From assembly GCF_000145295.1 (NCBI RefSeq), contig NC_014408.1, positions 1,080,001-1,112,000 of the forward strand: a stretch of DNA of 32,000 nt, read 5' to 3'. The notes below the pieces were generated by a model. That model was not told where the DNA came from, did not search any database, and saw nothing but the letters and a program-made list of their open reading frames with translations. The DNA comes from Methanothermobacter marburgensis str. Marburg (lineage in GTDB: Archaea; Methanobacteriota; Methanobacteria; Methanobacteriales; Methanothermobacteraceae). A program made the translations under genes and the position numbers. Positions 26,637 to 32,000 of the stretch are shown piece after piece; the first letter of the stretch is position 1, and each line of letters starts with the position of its first letter.

Positions 26637-27254
26637 TCATTCAAGCCTTTCAAAATTGCAGAGACCAAAACACTTAACCCTCTCCTCCACCTTCAAAGCC
26701 GCAAGGGCACATAGAACTCCAAGGAGTGCCCCTGCAATGACATCACTGGGGTAATGTAGACCAAGGCACACCCTTGAAACACCAACAAGGGAAGCAAAGA
26801 GCATGAAAAGCCATAGTCTCCCAAATTTAAAGTAGAGTGCCAGGAAACCGCTGAATGCTGCCACAGTGTGCCCTGATGGCATGGAGTACCCGCCAACTGT
26901 TGTGGTGTGCTTCACCCAGCTGAGAACCTCATAGGGCCTTGGCCTTGCAATAACAGCCTTCAGGAATTCACTGAGGAAGAAGCCCATGACAAGGGCTGTG
27001 AGTGCAATGAATGCGGCCTCCTTCTCGTTCTCACCCCCAAAAATGTAGAGTGTGAGGCACAGCAGCACCCAGAATATCTGGGTTCCTCCAAGGGTTATGA
27101 TCTGCATCATTGAATCAAGAATGGGCGAACTGATTGCTGAATTAAAGAAATAGAGAATGGAGGTATCAATACCCGTAAATGAAAGAAACGGATGCATCAC
27201 AAAATAGAGAATGGATGCATCGACACCAGGAAATAAAAAAAATGGATGCATCAT
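26637..27254 (-). CDS. PAP2 family lipid phosphate/pyrophosphate phosphatase
   Basis: The three PAP2 motifs are present: [26 protein letters not shown]. The start is ambiguous: the ATG at 27254 abuts the asd stop, and a second candidate Met lies 19 codons downstream (ATG 27197). Confidence 0.85.
   Translation of the reverse strand: MMHPFFLFPGVDASILYFVMHPFLSFTGIDTSILYFFNSAISSPILDSMMQIITLGGTQIFWVLLCLTLYIFGGENEKEAAFIALTALVMGFFLSEFLKAVIARPRPYEVLSWVKHTTTVGGYSMPSGHTVAAFSGFLALYFKFGRLWLFMLFASLVGVSRVCLGLHYPSDVIAGALLGVLCALAALKVEERVKCFGLCNFERLE
27144..27251 (-). repeat. Tandem 54-bp (18-codon) duplication at the 5' end of the PAP2 gene
   Basis: Units 27198-27251 and 27144-27197 are identical at about 42/54 positions in my hand alignment. 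They encode [18 protein letters not shown] and [18 protein letters not shown]. Confidence 0.8.
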
Positions 27255-28298
27255 TTACAGTATCTCATTTATAAGTTCTGCATTCAGGATCGATGCCCCT
27301 GCGGCCCCTCTCACAGTGTTGTGGCCTACAAGGACATATCTAAGGCTGTTACTGAATGCCGCATCCTTCCTGAGTCTTCCAACAGTGACGGACATTCCAC
27401 CATCCCTGTCCCTGTCCATCCTTGGCTGGGGTCTGTTCTCCTCATCCAGGACCACAACAGGTTTTTCAGGTGCTGAGTAAAGGCCCAGTTTCTGTGGGAG
27501 CCCCTGAAACCCGTCCATGGCCTCTTTTATGTCCTCAATTTCAAATTCATCATCCAGTTCCACGAAGACAGCTTCTGTGTGGCCATCAACAACAGGGACA
27601 CGGTGGCATGATGCGCTCACACCGAAACTTGCAGGTTTAACCACACCATCGTCAAGTTCACCGAGGAGGTGGAGGGTCTCGGTTTCAATCTTCTCCTCCT
27701 CGCCTCCGATATATGGGACGATATTGTCAAGTATTGCCATTGATGGCACCCCACTGTATCCTGCCCCTGAAACCGCCTGCATGGTGGAGACATAAACCCT
27801 CTTTATGGTGTAGCTGTCATAGATGGGCTTCAGTGTAAGGGTAAGTGCTATGGTGGAGCAGTTGGGGTTGGTTATGATGAACCCCTCCCATCCCCTCCTC
27901 CTCTGCTGAACCTCTATGAGGTCCAGGAACTCCGGGTTAACCTCAGGGATCACAAGGGGAACATCGGGTTCCATTCGCATTGCACTGGCATTTGAAGCCA
28001 CGATGTACTTCTCAGCAAACTTTGGCTCAACCTTCCGCGCCACATCTGCGGGAAGTGCAGAGAACAGTATGTCCACATCCCCCACACTTGCAGGGTCCGT
28101 TTCAACAACCTCTATATCCCTTACAGACTCAGGCATCTCACTGTCAAGGTACCAGTTTGCAACCTCCCCGTAGGGTTTCCCCGCGGACCTTGAAGATGCC
28201 GCGAGGGTTGTAAGTTCAAATTCAGGATGATTCTCAAGCATCTCAATAAACCGCTGCCCAACCATCCCTGTTGCTCCAAGAACACCAACCTTAACCAT
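27255..28298 (-). CDS. asd: Aspartate-semialdehyde dehydrogenase
   Basis: N-terminal [13 protein letters not shown](P) fold, active-site NPNCSTIAL, and [10 protein letters not shown]. Confidence 0.93.
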   Translation of the reverse strand: MVKVGVLGATGMVGQRFIEMLENHPEFELTTLAASSRSAGKPYGEVANWYLDSEMPESVRDIEVVETDPASVGDVDILFSALPADVARKVEPKFAEKYIVASNASAMRMEPDVPLVIPEVNPEFLDLIEVQQRRRGWEGFIITNPNCSTIALTLTLKPIYDSYTIKRVYVSTMQAVSGAGYSGVPSMAILDNIVPYIGGEEEKIETETLHLLGELDDGVVKPASFGVSASCHRVPVVDGHTEAVFVELDDEFEIEDIKEAMDGFQGLPQKLGLYSAPEKPVVVLDEENRPQPRMDRDRDGGMSVTVGRLRKDAAFSNSLRYVLVGHNTVRGAAGASILNAELINEIL

Positions 28299-28310
28299 AA
28301 TACCACCTTA

Positions 28311-29135
28311 TCATTTTATTCCAAGCACGTCCCCCATATCCATTATCTTTCCGGGTTCTGCGTGTTCAATGAACCTCACTGCCCTTATAACTCCACCTAT
28401 AAATGCGTCCCTGCTGTGGGCCCGGTGGACTATTTCAAGGCGTTCACCATCACCTGCAAAGAGGACTATGTGGTCCCCCACTATGTCACCGCCCCTCACA
28501 GCATGGACACCTATCTCATCACGGGTCCTCTCACCTGTAAGGCCGGACCTCCCATGAACCGCCACCTCATCGGGTTTCCGGGAGGTGGCCTCTGCGATAA
28601 CCTCAAGTGCACGCACCGCGGTACCTGAAGGGGCGTCCTTCTTGTGTCTGTGGTGGGCCTCTATGATCTCAACGTCATAATCAGAGAGGACCGGTGCCAG
28701 ATCAGAGAGTACCTTGAAGAAGACGTTGACGCCCACTGCCATGTTTGGTGAGATAACAGCCCTCACACCTGTCCTCTCAATGGATTCCCTGATGGTCTGC
28801 ATCTGTTCATCTGAAAATCCTGTTGTTCCAACCACAAGGTTAACCCCTGCTTCGGTCGCTGTCTTTATGGTTTCAACAGCTGCCGGTGCCACTGTGAAGT
28901 CAACGAGAACATCGGGTTCTGTCTCTCTTAGTGTTTCGGCAAGGTCAGATGCGTCGCTTACCTTAACCCCCACTTCGCCTGTGGCTGTGAATTCACCTAT
29001 ATCCCTTCCCTTAAGGGGTGTTCCCGGGGCCTCGATGGCAGCCACAAGCTGCATGTCATCCTCTTCAAGCACCCTCCTTATTATTCCAGACCCCATGCGC
29101 CCGCAGGCGCCGGTAACCGCAACTTTGATCATCAT
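28311..29135 (-). CDS. dapB: 4-hydroxy-tetrahydrodipicolinate reductase
   Basis: GACGRMG dinucleotide fold and the DapB signature EAHHRHKKDAPSGTA. Confidence 0.93.
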   Translation of the reverse strand: MMIKVAVTGACGRMGSGIIRRVLEEDDMQLVAAIEAPGTPLKGRDIGEFTATGEVGVKVSDASDLAETLRETEPDVLVDFTVAPAAVETIKTATEAGVNLVVGTTGFSDEQMQTIRESIERTGVRAVISPNMAVGVNVFFKVLSDLAPVLSDYDVEIIEAHHRHKKDAPSGTAVRALEVIAEATSRKPDEVAVHGRSGLTGERTRDEIGVHAVRGGDIVGDHIVLFAGDGERLEIVHRAHSRDAFIGGVIRAVRFIEHAEPGKIMDMGDVLGIK

Positions 29136-29149
29136 AACACCTCAGGGGT

Positions 29150-30040
29150 TCAGATGAGTGCCAGTTCCTCAAGTACCAGCCTCAGTTTCTCACGGCTGCT
29201 GTCCTTTAGGGGTGCTAGCGGCATCCTGACATGACCTGCGGGCCTTCCCATCATGTTGAGGGCCTCCTTGACAGGTACAGGGTTGCTCTCGATGAAAAGG
29301 ACCTTCATGAGGCTGTAAAGTTCATAGTGGGTTTTCATTGCAGACTCAAAGTCCCCTGAGAGGGCCTCGTTGACGAGTCGGCTCATACGGGCTGGATCGA
29401 CGTTCGCCACAACAGATATGACACCCTCTGCACCCATTGAGATCATTGGGAGTGTGAGGTTATCGTTACCTGAGAGTATGATAAAATCATCGGTGCCCTG
29501 GTCCATCAGCCGTGATTTCAGCATGGAGATCTTATCCAGGTCGGGGCTCGCCTCCTTTATACCGATTATACCGTCGAGCCCTGCAAGTTCAGATACCGTG
29601 TCAACGTCGATATCTGTACCGGTCCTTGAGGGCACATTGTAGATTATAAGGGGTATTTCCGATGCCTGCTCCAGCATCCGGTAGTGTTCAATGAGCCCAT
29701 GGGGCTGGGGCTTGTTGTAGTAGGGTGTTATCACAAGGGCCGCGTCTGCACCTGCGTCCCCTGCATACCTTACAAGGCCAAGGGCCTCCCTTGAGGAGTT
29801 GCTCCCTGCCCCGGCAATGGTCTTAACACGCCCGTTAACCTCATCAACGAGTATATCAATCATTCTCCTCTGTTCCTCATGGGTTATGGTTGCCGATTCA
29901 CCTGTTGTGCCAGCAACCAGCAAACCATCAACCCCATTCTCAATCAGGTAGTTTATGTTTTCCCGCAGCCCGGCCTCATCCACCCGGTCATCATCTGTGA
30001 ATGGAGTCACCATGGCCACTACTGTGCCTTCAATCTTCAT
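29150..30040 (-). CDS. dapA: 4-hydroxy-tetrahydrodipicolinate synthase
   Basis: [10 protein letters not shown] motif and Schiff-base Lys context IIGIKEAS. Its start overlaps the lysC stop by 4 nt. Confidence 0.93.
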   Translation of the reverse strand: MKIEGTVVAMVTPFTDDDRVDEAGLRENINYLIENGVDGLLVAGTTGESATITHEEQRRMIDILVDEVNGRVKTIAGAGSNSSREALGLVRYAGDAGADAALVITPYYNKPQPHGLIEHYRMLEQASEIPLIIYNVPSRTGTDIDVDTVSELAGLDGIIGIKEASPDLDKISMLKSRLMDQGTDDFIILSGNDNLTLPMISMGAEGVISVVANVDPARMSRLVNEALSGDFESAMKTHYELYSLMKVLFIESNPVPVKEALNMMGRPAGHVRMPLAPLKDSSREKLRLVLEELALI

Positions 30041-31257
30041 TCAAGAACACCCCTTACAAGTTCATACGCCTTTTTACCATCATTCCAGTCAACAAATATA
30101 ACCACAGATGTCTGTGAGGATGAAATTTCAACTATGTTAAGGTCATTATCCCTGAGGGGCTTGGTGATCTCGGATATTATGCCCGGAGTGTCTATGAAGT
30201 CAGGGCTGGATATGGTTATCATTGCAATATCCCTTCCCAGGGAGAGTGAACTGAGGTTATCATCTGCAATGACCACGTCATGGAGGAGCCTGTGCGCCTC
30301 ATCGGCGTCCTTCTTATCAACGAATATTGTAACGGAGTTCTGGCCTGTTGAAATTCCTATGATGTTAATGGAGTTCTCTGCAAGCTTTGAGGTTAACTTT
30401 GCCAGTATACCGGGCTTGTTGAGTATCTTCTCCCCCACAACTGCAACCACAGATATTGGTTCAGGGTTGAGGGTTGTTGTCTTGACCATCTTATTCTTTG
30501 AAGGGCCTATGATTTCAGTGCCCGGGGCTGAGAGATCCCCATGCTCGAAACCTATGATCTTTGCATTGATATCCGGGTCCTTGTATTTCAGGGCATGTGG
30601 GTGTAGTACTTGCGCCCCATGGGTTGCAAGATCCCTCATCTCCTCAACAGAGATCTTATCAAGCTTCTTTGCGCCCTGCAGTTTATTTGGATCCGTTGAC
30701 ATTACGCCCCCAACATCGGTTACGATTATAACCTCATCCGCCTTCAGGCAGTGTCCCAGGAGGAAGGCTGTGATGTCACTTCCACCCCTTCCCAGGGTTG
30801 TTATGTAACCATTGGGGTCCCTCCCAAGGAACCCGCACACCACCGGTATTATTCCCTGGTCGAGGAGTTTGAGGAGTTCCTTTGACTTCTTCTCGGTTGC
30901 CTCAAAGTCCACCTTAGCATTTAAAAGGTTGCTGTCGGTTATTATTGGCCATTCATCCATGAATGGGTCTATGTATTCAGATTTAACTCCAAGTGCCTCT
31001 ATTGCAGAGGAGAATATCCTTACACTGGTCATTTCACCCATGGATACTATTTCAGCCAGCTGCTTTTCTGTAACAGCATCTTCCATTGCCTCATCAACTA
31101 TCTGAAGGAGTTCATCGGTTGTCTTATTGATGGCAGATACAACAACAACGACCTTCTTGCCCTTCATGTACTCCTTCACGACAGAACGGGCCGCTTTTTT
31201 AATTCGTCTACCATTTCCTATAGATGTACCGCCAAATTTAGCAACTATTAACTCCAT
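30037..31257 (-). CDS. lysC: Aspartate kinase
   Basis: [11 protein letters not shown]-terminus, with C-terminal ACT-type repeats ([10 protein letters not shown]..., [10 protein letters not shown]...). Confidence 0.92.
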   Translation of the reverse strand: MELIVAKFGGTSIGNGRRIKKAARSVVKEYMKGKKVVVVVSAINKTTDELLQIVDEAMEDAVTEKQLAEIVSMGEMTSVRIFSSAIEALGVKSEYIDPFMDEWPIITDSNLLNAKVDFEATEKKSKELLKLLDQGIIPVVCGFLGRDPNGYITTLGRGGSDITAFLLGHCLKADEVIIVTDVGGVMSTDPNKLQGAKKLDKISVEEMRDLATHGAQVLHPHALKYKDPDINAKIIGFEHGDLSAPGTEIIGPSKNKMVKTTTLNPEPISVVAVVGEKILNKPGILAKLTSKLAENSINIIGISTGQNSVTIFVDKKDADEAHRLLHDVVIADDNLSSLSLGRDIAMITISSPDFIDTPGIISEITKPLRDNDLNIVEISSSQTSVVIFVDWNDGKKAYELVRGVLE

Positions 31258-31303
31258 TAACCTTCACAACCTTTTAAATGTTGAAAATGGAAAAAAATCA
31301 AAA

Positions 31304-31492
31304 TTATTTCTGCTGGCTGATTATCCTTGTGATGTAACCTGCTATCTTGTTCCTGAGGTGTTTTGTGCTGACTGTTGAGAACTCCTCCACAAGTTTCTTG
31401 TTTTTATCAAAATCAGATGTGAATTTACCTGGGTGAGTTTCTATCAGTTCTTTCGCGATTCTTTTTACAAAGGAAGTTCTTATGTTTCCCAT
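31304..31492 (-). CDS. rps17e: 30S ribosomal protein S17e
   Basis: 62-aa [21 protein letters not shown]... is a typical eS17. The SD AGGAGG lies 7 nt upstream, inside the last codons of the preceding gene. Confidence 0.92.
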   Translation of the reverse strand: MGNIRTSFVKRIAKELIETHPGKFTSDFDKNKKLVEEFSTVSTKHLRNKIAGYITRIISQQK

Positions 31493-31493
31493 T

Positions 31494-31790
31494 TCATTGC
31501 CTCCTTAACAGTTCTTTCTGTTCAGTTTTGCTTAGATCCATCAGAATCTTCATCAGCTGTATGAGCTTATCCTCATTGATACCATAGGCCCTGGCGATTC
31601 TCCGGGTCCTCTCTATGATCTCAAGCTCCCTCTCAGGGTCGAATATTTCCATTCCCAGGGCAACTTTGGCCTCAGCTATCTCACGTGCAAGGGATGTCCG
31701 TGAGGATATGAGGTCAAGGATCTCCCTGTCTATTCTATCTATTTCCCTTCTGGACCTTTTAAGGGTTTCCAGTGCTCTGGATTCGTCCAT
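31494..31790 (-). CDS. Chorismate mutase (AroQ class, monofunctional)
   Basis: [33 protein letters not shown] is the typical AroQ helix 1. I prefer the ATG at 31790 (GGGGGAT upstream). The longest ORF starts at the GTG at 31826. Confidence 0.85.
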   Translation of the reverse strand: MDESRALETLKRSRREIDRIDREILDLISSRTSLAREIAEAKVALGMEIFDPERELEIIERTRRIARAYGINEDKLIQLMKILMDLSKTEQKELLRRQ

Positions 31791-31831
31791 AAAACATCCC
31801 CCGAGCTTCAAAGCTTTAAGGGTCACCGGGA

Positions 31832-32000
31832 TCAGTCAAGCACATGTGTACCCTGGTTATCCACTGATGTTACAGTAACATTGCCCTCAAGGTTCTCCCA
31901 TGAATCAATGACCTTCCCTGCAGAATCTTCATCAGCCAGCGCCACAAAGGCCGGTCCTGTGCCTGAAAGACCCGCTGAGAGGGCACCTGCCTCAAGGGCA
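31832..32000 (-). CDS. aroK: Shikimate kinase, archaeal GHMP-kinase type (C-terminal 55 codons; gene continues beyond the window)
   Basis: My hand translation of the minus strand gives ALEAGALSAGLSGTGPAFVALADEDSAGKVIDSWENLEGNVTVTSVDNQGTHVLD*. It contains the GHMP motif 3 (SGTGPA). The stop is the TGA at 31834-31832. This ORF is not in the supplied track because it is truncated by the window edge. Confidence 0.75.
   Translation of the reverse strand, partial: ALEAGALSAGLSGTGPAFVALADEDSAGKVIDSWENLEGNVTVTSVDNQGTHVLD

Noticed and set aside
29879-30808. 309-aa plus-strand ORF antisense to dapA/lysC. The same applies to 23403-24038 (211 aa), 4330-4824, 12363-12845, 28714-29157 and the many other 60-160-aa ORFs in the track
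   Set aside because: All lie opposite strongly supported genes with clear family motifs. Their translations are low-complexity Ser/Thr/Pro/Arg-rich shadow sequences, and they lack SD or promoter context.

Overview
This window reads as ordinary core chromosome of a Methanothermobacter-like methanogen (Methanobacteriales). Supporting evidence is an H4MPT cyclohydrolase (Mch), a pseudomurein-binding-repeat protein, a thermosome, archaeal LonB, GGAGGTGAT-type Shine-Dalgarno sites and oligo-T terminators. From memory, and unverified, the gene order resembles the M. thermautotrophicus MTH770-MTH805 region. I call 33 protein genes (one partial at the right edge) and 3 tRNAs (Ala-GGC and a Gly-GCC/Gly-UCC tandem). 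I also call several TATA boxes, terminators and two local repeats. I saw no transposase, integrase, cas genes, true CRISPR array, prophage or recognisable defence island. The candidates most worth a second look are these. (1) A tightly packed seven-gene minus-strand cluster (7941->2339) joins three C1-transfer enzymes (short core-type MetE, ThyA-type thymidylate synthase, Mch) to two small methanogen-restricted proteins of unknown function, a polytopic membrane protein and a DUF362/2x[4Fe-4S] protein; this could be the unresolved methyl-donor system for archaeal MetE. (2) An apparent 5' frameshift in an A-run lies at the start of a DASS-type transporter gene. (3) A perfect 31-bp direct repeat carrying TATA-like boxes lies upstream of a YjbQ-family gene. 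(4) An 18-codon tandem duplication containing a T8 tract lies at the asd/PAP2 junction of a lysC-dapA-dapB-asd-PAP2 operon. (5) An HMG-CoA synthase/thiolase pair has no adjacent DUF35 scaffold gene. (6) A secreted pseudomurein-binding-repeat/transglutaminase-like protein lies near a coiled-coil/winged-helix protein. All alignments, motif counts and start-codon revisions were done by eye and no database search was possible. Family names marked DUF are from memory.
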